This document shows, one piece after another, positions 28,508 through 37,501 of a DNA stretch of 64,000 nucleotides. Every line of letters starts with the position of its first letter. Positions within the stretch are counted from its first letter, which is position 1. Source of the stretch: an uncultured Candidatus Saccharibacteria bacterium (lineage in GTDB: Bacteria > Patescibacteriota > Saccharimonadia > Saccharimonadales > CAZDQS01); the NCBI GenBank assembly GCA_964507855.1, contig CAZDQS010000001.1:7251-71250 (forward strand). Reading direction: 5' to 3'. The notes beneath the pieces were generated by a model. The model saw nothing but the letters and a program-made list of their open reading frames with translations, was not told the origin of the DNA and ran no database searches. The position numbers and the translations under genes are program-made.

Positions 28508-29034
28508 TACGACACATACGCCACATCACGTTTGTGGCCTTTACAACGGCTGCGGCCTCTTGCATCAGCCTGGCCGGCGGTATCGGGCTTGAGACAGTCG
28601 CCGAGCGCGCCTTGCCACTTATGCCGCTCATTATCGCCCTGCCAGCACTGAACACCACCGTCGGTGATTATGCCACCATCATCGCCGCCCACGCTGACGA
28701 CCTACCCAACCGACGCAACGCCCGTCGCAAGATACGAAAGGCGATTTCCAAAACTATCTGGATAAATATCGTCGGCATTACGGTACTGAGCGTCGTGTTG
28801 GCCTGGCGGCGGAATTATCTCTTCACAGCTGATTTCACACTCAAATTCAGCCTGTTCATTATTGTTGCGTTGTTTGGCGTCATTTTCGGCCTCTATGTCA
28901 TCACCACGCTACTCGACCGGCTACTTGCCCGCAATAAGATCAACGCCGACGACATCCTCATCCCCATCGTCACGTCCATGGGCGACGTCCTCGTGCTCGC
29001 CCTCGTCGCCATAGCCGTGCTAACGATATTCTAG
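28495..29034 (+). CDS. MgtE/SLC41-like membrane domain protein (half-transporter 2; paralogue of the upstream gene, 13-nt overlap)
   Basis: Same topology, equivalent motif PALNTTVGDYATIIAAHAD, terminal D-rich region NADDILIPIVTSMGDVLVLALVAIA. Confidence 0.5.
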   Translation: MAGMIRHIRHITFVAFTTAAASCISLAGGIGLETVAERALPLMPLIIALPALNTTVGDYATIIAAHADDLPNRRNARRKIRKAISKTIWINIVGITVLSVVLAWRRNYLFTADFTLKFSLFIIVALFGVIFGLYVITTLLDRLLARNKINADDILIPIVTSMGDVLVLALVAIAVLTIF

Positions 29035-30035
29035 CTAGCTGAGTCTATCTCGGTCCGCAGCTGCTGGAGCTTAACCCACATTTCGTGCAGCTCGCCTGGA
29101 ATTTGGTTGATGGCAGTCGGTTCAGCAACCGGCAGGTCACGAACATCGGCAAGAGTCTGCCGGCCATACATACCGATTTCAAACATTCTGCCTGAGCGCA
29201 AACCAGCCCGCACCGTATCGACTGCGCGAGAAGCGTAGGTGGTACTGCTATTTATACCGACACTTGAGTCTTCATCGCCGCTTGCTGACAGCACATCGCT
29301 GACAAACCGTAGCAAGGCAGCACCATCGGGCTGGTTGCGATATTTTTGCTTACCTTCGTCATCAGTATAGTTTTCGCGGTCAACCCGCAGCACCATAACA
29401 TCCCTATTATCGATCGTACCGATTTTTATCAGTTGACCGGTCGGTTCCGTAACAAGCGCGTGGTTATTGTGAATATCATAGCCAAACGATAGAACTTCCG
29501 GCTCTTCCAGTGGCTGGAAACCCTCTTGAGCAGTAGCGATCTGGCGAACCATGTCATACTCGGTTTCACCCGCTACTTCACCGAACTTTTGCCCTAAGTA
29601 CTCAGTCTCGTCTTGGCCTAATTTTCGATACGGAGACCCAGCAAACAATACTGTCTGTGCCTGGCCGGCAATTCGCGCCTCCGCCTCAAGCTTCCATGGC
29701 TTGCCGCCCTCAAGTATCTGGGCACGTGCCGCATTGACGACATCGCTCTCACCGCCAATACCAAACCTGCCAGCGACTTCTCGCAGCTGTGCTTCCTGCT
29801 CCTGAGTAAGATTAAGGCCCTGGCCTTCTGCTCTTACTTCGCCCGGCTCGGGAAACACTTCAAAGGGATTAGCAGTGCGGTCACCAGCTACTAGTTCAAC
29901 AGCGTCCGCCATCCACTGAGCGCGCTCATCCAGGTATGCCTCAATTCGGGGCTGTATGTTTTCTTGGTTTTGCGAGTTTTGGTTTTCAGGTCGATTCACT
30001 TCGCTCATATTATCATACTCCTTGTGCTTTGTCAA
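29031..30035 (-). CDS. Hypothetical protein (334 aa), divergently arranged with the TrmB-like regulator
   Basis: Acidic, Q/E-rich N-terminus; no recognisable family. Confidence 0.4.
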   Translation of the reverse strand: MTKHKEYDNMSEVNRPENQNSQNQENIQPRIEAYLDERAQWMADAVELVAGDRTANPFEVFPEPGEVRAEGQGLNLTQEQEAQLREVAGRFGIGGESDVVNAARAQILEGGKPWKLEAEARIAGQAQTVLFAGSPYRKLGQDETEYLGQKFGEVAGETEYDMVRQIATAQEGFQPLEEPEVLSFGYDIHNNHALVTEPTGQLIKIGTIDNRDVMVLRVDRENYTDDEGKQKYRNQPDGAALLRFVSDVLSASGDEDSSVGINSSTTYASRAVDTVRAGLRSGRMFEIGMYGRQTLADVRDLPVAEPTAINQIPGELHEMWVKLQQLRTEIDSAS

Positions 30036-30149
30036 TTATTCCGTCTTTGTTGGATGCACGAACAGTATCAAGGAATCATTTCTTTGTCAATATAAGTTTC
30101 ACAATTTTTATAAATTGTCTGCATTTTTGTATCTGATTTATATATATTT

Positions 30150-30166
30150 GTGAATTTAGTATTCAC
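30150..30166. promoter_or_regulatory. Inverted repeat GTGAAT-N5-ATTCAC in the AT-rich divergent promoter region, about 30 nt upstream of the TrmB-like gene; candidate operator
   Basis: Perfect 6-bp arms; sits in the 160-bp AT-rich intergenic region 30036..30196. Confidence 0.35.
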
Positions 30167-30196
30167 ATTTTAATATATTTATGCTACGATACTGCT

Positions 30197-30982
30197 ATGA
30201 ATACTGATAAGCTCATCGCCGTCGGTCTCAGCCCCATCCAAGCCGCTGCTTATGCCTTGCTCATAGAACATGGAGAAGTTAAGCCTGCCGATGCAGCCAA
30301 AGAACTGAAGACCACCCGCACAAACGCCTACAAGGTATTTGATAAGCTCGTTGAGCTAAAGCTTGCCAGCAAGCACGAGAAAGGCAAGCTGTTTGTATAC
30401 ACACCGGCCAACCCTCTTGCGCTCGCCTCATTAACTGCACAATACCGCGCCGAAGCCGCCGCCCGCGAAGAGGCCGTAAATAATGTGATGCACGATCTAC
30501 TTGCGAAGTTCTACAAACATTCCGACCGCCCCAACGTAGAAGTAGCAACAGGCAGGAAGGAGGTCGCCGCTGCTTATCGCAAGCAATTGAACCTCCGTGA
30601 GGATATTTACTTTATACATACCGGTGCCGATGTGCCAATGATGGGCTTTGATGTTATGCATGAAATTCGGGTGACACCAAGTAGGCACGGCAATACTAGA
30701 AAAGGTATACTGTCTGCCCCTGATAAAGGTCCGATTAACTATGCTCAACACAAACGCAGTAATCTGGACATAACATGGGCCGCCAAGGACGAGTACACTG
30801 CCCCTGTTGAATGGAGCGTTACTGAATCATCACTTCTCATTGTGCTCTATGCCACCGAGCCGCATGCCATACTAATAGTCGATCCGGTCGTTGCCAGTGC
30901 CTTCTTGCAGCTCTTTCGGCTACTCACTACTCTCTTGCAGCAACGGCCAACCCACCAAAAACTTAAGCCACAAGAATCCTAA
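30197..30982 (+). CDS. TrmB-family winged-HTH transcriptional regulator with a C-terminal effector domain
   Basis: IAVGLSPIQAAAYALLIEHGEVKPADAAKELKTTRTNAYKVFDKLVELKLA matches the TrmB N-terminal wHTH (GLS..EA.VY..L...G..T..EIA..L...R..VY..L..L...GLV). Confidence 0.6.
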   Translation: MNTDKLIAVGLSPIQAAAYALLIEHGEVKPADAAKELKTTRTNAYKVFDKLVELKLASKHEKGKLFVYTPANPLALASLTAQYRAEAAAREEAVNNVMHDLLAKFYKHSDRPNVEVATGRKEVAAAYRKQLNLREDIYFIHTGADVPMMGFDVMHEIRVTPSRHGNTRKGILSAPDKGPINYAQHKRSNLDITWAAKDEYTAPVEWSVTESSLLIVLYATEPHAILIVDPVVASAFLQLFRLLTTLLQQRPTHQKLKPQES

Positions 30983-30994
30983 CCAACGCGAAAT

Positions 30995-32119
30995 TCAGGC
31001 GGTGCGGTTGAGGAGGGCTTCCGCCAGGCCGCGGAGGAACTGTGTGCCCTCTTCGGCCCATAGGCCTTGATGTTTATCGAGGGCGGCATTAGCGGCCTCA
31101 ATGTGACGCTTGGCTGTCTCACTTGCATGTTCCAACGCACCGGTTTCAGCTAGGATCTCCTGGCAACGCAAGAATTCTGCCTGGGTGAGCGACTGGTTGC
31201 CGAGCATTTGTATCAGGAAGTTCTTGTCGGCCTTGCCGGCATGCTGCAAGGCATAGACCGTCAGCAGCGTCCGCTTGCCTTCCCGAATGTCATCGAGCGG
31301 TGATTTGCCGCTCTCGAACTCATTGCCAAACGTGCCGAGGATATCATCGGTAATCTGGAATGCCCGCCCGGCGTGCAGCGCATACTCGGTAATCGCATCG
31401 GTCGCTTGCGTGTCAGCACCAGCCAACACCATGCCGATGTGCAGCGGGTTGATGAACGTATAGTGCGCGGTTTTCCACTCCAGCACGTTATCCACCTGAT
31501 CCACGTTCACCTTGCCAGTCACTTCGTTGAAAATATCATTAATCTGGCCGTGCCCCGTCACCGCCATGGTGCGGTTGAGGATACTGAGTGCCTTAAGCCG
31601 CACATGCTCGGGTGCGTCGATATTGGCCAACATCTCTTGGGCAGCGTGGTTGCCGATAAGCGCCGCGTTTATCGCGATGGATTCACCGAAGTGCTCGCTG
31701 CCATCGGCGTAATGCTGCCGCTTGTGGAACTGTGCTAACAGCACATGGGCGCTCGGCCCGCCGCGCCGCGTGGCTGAGCGGTCATTGATATCGTCCATGA
31801 TGAGGATATAGGCATGCACCATCTCGAGCACGCGGGCGACCCGAAGGATCATCTCGCGATCAGTGCCGCCGGACATTTCATAACCGAGCATAGCCAGCGC
31901 GCCCCGGATGCGTTTGCCACCCCGTTTCAATACATCAAGGTAAGCATCCACGCCAATGTGAGAGTGCGCCCCGTACTCTCGCAGCGTAGACTTCTGGACC
32001 TGCTTGGCATAGTCCGCAACGTCGGCATCAATGAGCTGCTTATACTCACGAAGCTTGGACGTAAACACTTTAGTCGGAGCGGTTGTCTGCTTGTTCATGG
32101 GGTTTTCAGGCAAATCCAA
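30995..32119 (-). CDS. Polyprenyl (geranylgeranyl/farnesyl) diphosphate synthase, trans-IPPS head-to-tail family
   Basis: FARM ILIMDDINDRSATRRGGPSAH and SARM FQITDDILG. Confidence 0.85.
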   Translation of the reverse strand: MDLPENPMNKQTTAPTKVFTSKLREYKQLIDADVADYAKQVQKSTLREYGAHSHIGVDAYLDVLKRGGKRIRGALAMLGYEMSGGTDREMILRVARVLEMVHAYILIMDDINDRSATRRGGPSAHVLLAQFHKRQHYADGSEHFGESIAINAALIGNHAAQEMLANIDAPEHVRLKALSILNRTMAVTGHGQINDIFNEVTGKVNVDQVDNVLEWKTAHYTFINPLHIGMVLAGADTQATDAITEYALHAGRAFQITDDILGTFGNEFESGKSPLDDIREGKRTLLTVYALQHAGKADKNFLIQMLGNQSLTQAEFLRCQEILAETGALEHASETAKRHIEAANAALDKHQGLWAEEGTQFLRGLAEALLNRTA

Positions 32120-32663
32120 GCACTTTCTCGGCTTCGTCCTTGAAGGCTTCTATATCCCCGCCCTCATTGGGGAGAATAATATCTGCCTTTTCCTTCACGC
32201 CCGCCATGTTAAGTGTTGCTTCATCGCCAGACTGCTGCATCTCTGCCTGCTCTTCTGCTAAAAATTGTTCAAATGACTTATTGTCATCGGCTCGTTGTCG
32301 GTAAAAGATACGGTCGTAGCGAACCTTCGGGTCGGCGTCCACCCAGATAACTTTACCCCCGAGTTCGTGTATACGATCCGCTTCTCCAGGATTGCGGAGC
32401 GAGGCAATGACCAGGCCTTTATAGTCACCTCTTTCGAATGCTTCAACCGCTTTATCTATCAAAACCCCTAACCCGCTTTCACGCCGCCACTCAGCACTAA
32501 TTTCTCGCAGAAACTCTCGGTCGGTTGGCAAATTGCGCCGTCTTGCTTCATCACGCAGCAAGTCAGATCCGGAAACGAACAAAAAACCATGTCGCTCCGC
32601 TAACATATGCCCGACGGTGTCTTTCCCCGACCCGTTCGTCCCAGATAAACCTATAATCTTCAT
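32106..32663 (-). CDS. P-loop nucleotide/nucleoside kinase-like protein (dephospho-CoA kinase / dNMP kinase-like fold)
   Basis: Walker A IGLSGTNGSGKDTVG at the N-terminus, about 185 aa. Confidence 0.5.
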   Translation of the reverse strand: MKIIGLSGTNGSGKDTVGHMLAERHGFLFVSGSDLLRDEARRRNLPTDREFLREISAEWRRESGLGVLIDKAVEAFERGDYKGLVIASLRNPGEADRIHELGGKVIWVDADPKVRYDRIFYRQRADDNKSFEQFLAEEQAEMQQSGDEATLNMAGVKEKADIILPNEGGDIEAFKDEAEKVLGFA

Positions 32664-32732
32664 ATCCTGTTATTCTAACTGATGTCAAAATTGTACTCAA
32701 AGAAAACGCTGCATGTACCTATCTGAACCAGC

Positions 32733-33500
32733 TTAAGCTCCGCCCAATGCCCAGTTACGCAGCCTCTGGAAAGAGCCTGCATGGGCTTCGGCGCTTTTTC
32801 CGGCACGACAGACTTCTACTGCCCGTAACCGATAACGGCTCTCTTCATCCAAAGCAACAGTCTGACCTACAACCGCAGGGGTTCTGGAGAGTCCCTTCAA
32901 TAATATCGTTATCACCTTACCAGACGAATGAATGCCAATACTCTCAGCATCGGCTAAGGTCCGGCCAGCTTTTGTGTCGGCAACCACACTGAAGTTCACT
33001 CGCCGATGGTACACATGGTCGCCACTATGCACCCACATGTGATAGCCGTTGATTTCCTGATCATTCGGAGCGCCAGGCTGCGAGCTTAGATTTAACTTAC
33101 TTTCTGACCGAATGAGTGCTGATAAATTTGTGCTGGCGAACTGCTCTTCTTGAGCGTCCGGGCCTTCCGGCATGTTTCGTCTCTTATCGTAAGATGTTGC
33201 AGGAGATTTGTACTCATGATCCATCAACAGTACTGCACCCGGCAATAGGTGGGCCGGAGGATGGGAATCGTAATCAAACGCGATACGTGAGCCCTCAACC
33301 AATGGCTGGGGTTTGGTGGTGCCAGTGAGCACGCTGAGTGCCGTGAGGCCCAGGGTCGCTTTCAGTTCTCCTTTGTCATGCAAGCGCGCGGTTACTAGTT
33401 TGCGGGGTTCGGGGTGCTCTTGCTCTGCAGTATGCAGCTCGCCCCAATACTCTTCTGTAAACACGTCAGCAACCTGCGAAGCTTCTGGTCGGTTTATCAT
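32733..33500 (-). CDS. Hypothetical protein
   Basis: 255-aa ORF, no recognisable family. Confidence 0.4.
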   Translation of the reverse strand: MINRPEASQVADVFTEEYWGELHTAEQEHPEPRKLVTARLHDKGELKATLGLTALSVLTGTTKPQPLVEGSRIAFDYDSHPPAHLLPGAVLLMDHEYKSPATSYDKRRNMPEGPDAQEEQFASTNLSALIRSESKLNLSSQPGAPNDQEINGYHMWVHSGDHVYHRRVNFSVVADTKAGRTLADAESIGIHSSGKVITILLKGLSRTPAVVGQTVALDEESRYRLRAVEVCRAGKSAEAHAGSFQRLRNWALGGA

Positions 33501-33527
33501 GGCTACGCCTCCTTAATATCTTCCCGT

Positions 33528-34658
33528 CTACTTGATGTAGTCGTGGAGCTTCTTGGCGTCTTTGTGCTTGCGCAATTTTGCCAATGCTTTCGCTTCAATC
33601 TGGCGGATGCGTTCGCGGGTGACGGAGAACTCCTGACCGACTTCCTCGAGTGTGTGGCTCTTGCCGTCTTCCAGGCCAAAGCGGAGTTTCAATATCTTCT
33701 GTTCACGCTCGGTCAGTGCACCAAGCATATCCTTGACGTGCTCTTTGAGTAGTGAACCGGTGGCGGACTCTTCCGGACTGACAGTGTCTTCATCAACGAT
33801 AAAGTCACCAAGCACTGAATCTTCTTCGTCGTCACGGACTGAAGCATCAAGGCTGGAAATATCTTGTTTAATCTTCATGATGTGCTCGACCTTCTCGACT
33901 TCGATCTCCATCGCCTTGGCAATCTCTTCGTTGGTCGGTTCGCGATTGAGCTCCTGGGTTAGACGACGCTGGGTGCGCAGTAGTTTGTTGATGGTCTCGA
34001 CCATGTGGACCGGGATACGGATAGTCCGTGCCTGGTCGGCAATCGCACGGGTAATAGCCTGGCGAATCCACCAGGTCGCGTAGGTACTGAACTTGAAGCC
34101 CTTGTCCGGGTCAAACTTCTCAACAGCGCGCAAAAGTCCGGTATTACCCTCCTGGATGAGGTCCAACAGATCCAAGCCGCGGCCGACATAGCGCTTGGCA
34201 ATTGATACCACGAGACGCATGTTGGCCTCGGCCATTTTGTCCTTGGCATCCTTGTCCCCTGCCACGACGCGTTGCGCCAGAGCCAGCTCTTCGTCCGGCT
34301 TGAGCAGCGGAATCTTACCGATTTCGCGTAAATACAACCGCACCGAATCATCGGCGATATCATCGAGGTAGACTTGCTCCTCAAGCTGTACTTCCTCGCC
34401 GTCTTCGAGCGTCCAATCGTCGCTCAATTCAACCGCCGGATCATCGCTGCTTGTTACCTCTACGCCGGCATCGGTCAGTTCGGAATACAGACCATCCAAC
34501 ACATCGGCATTCTCCGGTGTGTCGGCAATGGCCGCAAAGATATCTTTCTGGTCAATCTTGCCGGCTTTCTTGGCTTTCTTTACCAGATCTTGTTTTGCTT
34601 TTTCGAGTTCGGGACTTAGTTCTTCAATCTTTTCTACTTCGTCATCTGCCATCGACAT
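33528..34658 (-). CDS. rpoD: Primary RNA polymerase sigma factor (sigma-70 family)
   Basis: Region 2 [54 protein letters not shown], region 4 [47 protein letters not shown]. Confidence 0.9.
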   Translation of the reverse strand: MSMADDEVEKIEELSPELEKAKQDLVKKAKKAGKIDQKDIFAAIADTPENADVLDGLYSELTDAGVEVTSSDDPAVELSDDWTLEDGEEVQLEEQVYLDDIADDSVRLYLREIGKIPLLKPDEELALAQRVVAGDKDAKDKMAEANMRLVVSIAKRYVGRGLDLLDLIQEGNTGLLRAVEKFDPDKGFKFSTYATWWIRQAITRAIADQARTIRIPVHMVETINKLLRTQRRLTQELNREPTNEEIAKAMEIEVEKVEHIMKIKQDISSLDASVRDDEEDSVLGDFIVDEDTVSPEESATGSLLKEHVKDMLGALTEREQKILKLRFGLEDGKSHTLEEVGQEFSVTRERIRQIEAKALAKLRKHKDAKKLHDYIK

Positions 34659-36417
34659 CTCCTGATTTCGCTTGCTTTAATAATTGATCGAGTTCTTTTA
34701 CGTGACGCAGCAACTCGGCGGTTTGGGATTCATCCGCGGTTTGTAGTGCTGCTGACAAGTTAGCTTTTTTGGTTTTTACGTATTGTTCTATCAGTCGTAC
34801 CTGCAATCGAGCGGCTTCGTAACGAAGCTCCGTAACCTCGAGGTCTTGATAGAGTTCTTCGAAAAGTAATGCAAGTATCTTAGCATACTCGGCTACCTCG
34901 GGCAACTTCTGCATGTCTTTTGCTTTTCCGTCAAAGTCTGGATGAGACTGGAGAAAGTTGAACAAATCTTGTGCTCGCTGCTCAGGCAGCATAGATGTTT
35001 GCAGCTTCTCGAGGTAGGTGCGGAGATTTGGCACCATGAGCACCAGGGCCATAAGATGGTTCTGGGTCTTTATGTGCTCTGCCGCGGTTGGTTCAACTTG
35101 CGGCGGCCGGGCGCCTTTCTTGAGTATGCGAGCTGGAGACGTCGTGCCCTTCTGGAGATTGGCGGCCTTTTGCCGGACGGCATCAGCGGATGTGGCAGTT
35201 AGGTCCGCTATCTTGTTCATGTAGTGGTCTTGTTCGACTTTGTCTTCGAGGCGGTTTACGACCCGGAGGGTAATATCCGTAAACTCGCGCTTGCCGGCAG
35301 CGCCCGTTAAGTCAAGCTGTGCTGCGTAGCGGTCAATCAGCCAATCAAGCGCATATTGGTTCCGGTCAATAACCCGTCGCCAGGCGTCTGGATCCTTCTT
35401 GACCAGCTCGTCTGGATCTTTACCAGCAGGAATGGTAATCATGCTCAAAGACACCTCGACTTTGCTGGCCAGCGGGATAACCCGTTCGGCAGCATTCAGA
35501 CCGGCGGCATCCTGATCAAACGCCAGGCGGATATCATTAGCAAAACGCCCCAATGCCTTGAGGTGCATCTCGGTCATGGCCGTGCCAGCTGTCGCGACGG
35601 TGTTGGTGATGCCTGCCTGATGGCTGGCGATAACGTCGAGGTTGCCTTCGACAACGACGACAAACTTGGCCTTGCGGATTGCTTCCTTAGCCAGATGCAA
35701 GCCATAGACGTGCCGACCCTTGTCGTACAGCATCGTCTGCGGTGTGTTGAGGTATTTGGGTGCGTCGGGATCGTCTGCCAGCAGCCGGGCTGTAAAGCCG
35801 ATGACTCGCCCCTGAGGATCCTGCAGCGGTATCATAATGCGTCCGCGGAACATATCGCCCAACCCCCGATAGCGCTGTGTCGCGAGGCCGGCCTGCTTGA
35901 TTTCCTGCTCGGTAAAACCTTTGCTCTTCAGGAAGTCAACCAGCGCCGTACCGGTATTCGGCGCATAGCCGATTCGGAACGCTAGCGCGGTTTCTTTCGT
36001 AAATTGGCGCTTTTTAAAGATATACTCCAAAGCCGTCTGATTACGGGAAAATTGCACCTGGTAGAACTTGGCAGCCAACTCATTTGCCTCGTACAGGCGC
36101 TCCTTCTGCCTGCCCCGCGCACCATCGCCGCTGCGGTATTGACTCAAGTCTACACCGGCCTTGCGCGCCAGCAGCTCGAGGGTAGCCTTAAAGTCCAGCC
36201 CCTCCATCTCCATGACAAAAGTGAACATATCGCCGCCCTTACCAGATGAGAAGTCATGCCAAATCTGCTTCTCCGGGCTCACCATGAAACTGGGCGTCTT
36301 CTCACTGCTGAACGGGCTGAGGCCCTTCAGGTTCCGGCCGGCACGCTTCAATTCGACGTACTCTGAAACGACGTCCTCAACAGATAACCGGCTTTTGACC
36401 TCCTCCACAGCGTCCAT
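34642..36417 (-). CDS. dnaG: DNA primase; the N-terminal zinc-ribbon has all four canonical Zn ligands substituted
   Basis: ZBD-like [37 protein letters not shown] (E. coli [37 protein letters not shown]); [23 protein letters not shown]...FDQDAAG; C-terminal helicase-binding region. Confidence 0.9.
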   Translation of the reverse strand: MDAVEEVKSRLSVEDVVSEYVELKRAGRNLKGLSPFSSEKTPSFMVSPEKQIWHDFSSGKGGDMFTFVMEMEGLDFKATLELLARKAGVDLSQYRSGDGARGRQKERLYEANELAAKFYQVQFSRNQTALEYIFKKRQFTKETALAFRIGYAPNTGTALVDFLKSKGFTEQEIKQAGLATQRYRGLGDMFRGRIMIPLQDPQGRVIGFTARLLADDPDAPKYLNTPQTMLYDKGRHVYGLHLAKEAIRKAKFVVVVEGNLDVIASHQAGITNTVATAGTAMTEMHLKALGRFANDIRLAFDQDAAGLNAAERVIPLASKVEVSLSMITIPAGKDPDELVKKDPDAWRRVIDRNQYALDWLIDRYAAQLDLTGAAGKREFTDITLRVVNRLEDKVEQDHYMNKIADLTATSADAVRQKAANLQKGTTSPARILKKGARPPQVEPTAAEHIKTQNHLMALVLMVPNLRTYLEKLQTSMLPEQRAQDLFNFLQSHPDFDGKAKDMQKLPEVAEYAKILALLFEELYQDLEVTELRYEAARLQVRLIEQYVKTKKANLSAALQTADESQTAELLRHVKELDQLLKQAKSGDVDGR

Positions 36418-36478
36418 ATGCTCATTATTGTACGCTACCGGTGGTCAAAGGCATCGTGCCTATGGTTAAATAGAGGCA

Positions 36479-37090
36479 ATGCAACCGAATAATATGCCTG
36501 GCCCAAACGGCAATCCTTATGATTTCATCCTGCAAGGACAGCAGCCCAAGAAGAGTTGGCTGAATACCAACTCCATGGCAGTGCGTATCGGCCTGGTTGC
36601 CGGCGGCCTGCTCGTCTTACTTATCGTTATCGTTATGGCCGTATCGCTCCTGACCGGTTCCAGCCGTGCAAATACCGAAGCGATTACACGTCTTGCCCGA
36701 CAGCAGCAAAGCATCATTGCGATTGCGAATGAAACGAGCAAATCAGCACGCGCTGCGTCATTGCGCGCCTTTGCAGCCACGGCTGAACGAACCGTCACCA
36801 CAGACCAAAGCGCCACACTAGCATTCCTGGCCAAGAACGGGCGCGAGCTGAAGCCAGCTTCACTGCAAGCCGGCGTCAGTGAGGAAATAACCACTTCCCT
36901 AGAAACTGCCAAACAAAATAATACCTTTGACGAGGTGGCCGATCAGCTCCTTAAAGACCACCTGCGCGTCTATCAAACATCACTCAAGTCAGCCTATGAC
37001 ACGACGACCCACACCGAAGCTCGCCAGATGCTCAGCAGGCACTTCGAGCATGCCTCTTTGTTGCTCGTCGCACCAGAGCCGGAAAGCTAA
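36479..37090 (+). CDS. Membrane-anchored hypothetical protein
   Basis: N-terminal TM IGLVAGGLLVLLIVIVMAVSLL, then a soluble A/T/S-rich helical domain. Confidence 0.4.
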   Translation: MQPNNMPGPNGNPYDFILQGQQPKKSWLNTNSMAVRIGLVAGGLLVLLIVIVMAVSLLTGSSRANTEAITRLARQQQSIIAIANETSKSARAASLRAFAATAERTVTTDQSATLAFLAKNGRELKPASLQAGVSEEITTSLETAKQNNTFDEVADQLLKDHLRVYQTSLKSAYDTTTHTEARQMLSRHFEHASLLLVAPEPES

Positions 37091-37413
37091 ACGCCGGCAA
37101 CCAGGTTATACGAGTGGCGGATCAGGTCTTGTACTTCGTCCCAACTAAGTTGGCCTGAGAGCACGATGGTATTCCAGTGCTTTTTGTTTAGGTGGTAGCC
37201 CGGCATGACGGACTCGTAGCGCTCGCGTAATACCTTGGATAATTCCGGGTCACACTTCAGGCTCAGGCGCACCGGATCATGCTTCTCGCTAATGAGCGCG
37301 AACATCTTTTCATGCACCTTATATACCGCCACGTCCTCACCAAACGGATAGTCCAGCACGGCGTTTGGCATGCTTAATATATATTCCTCGACAGTTTTGT
37401 GGTCCATAATCAC
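37087..37413 (-). CDS. MmcQ/YjbR-family protein
   Basis: 108 aa; YILSMPNAVLDYPFGEDVAVYKV...HWNTI resembles the YjbR (PF04237) family. Confidence 0.6.
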   Translation of the reverse strand: MIMDHKTVEEYILSMPNAVLDYPFGEDVAVYKVHEKMFALISEKHDPVRLSLKCDPELSKVLRERYESVMPGYHLNKKHWNTIVLSGQLSWDEVQDLIRHSYNLVAGV

Positions 37414-37501
37414 CCCTTATTATAATTGACTGCAAAAGTTTTTAACATCGGCCACATTGGAGTACACTAAAAGTAAATCTCATTAAGTTTAGGGGGATAT
37501 C

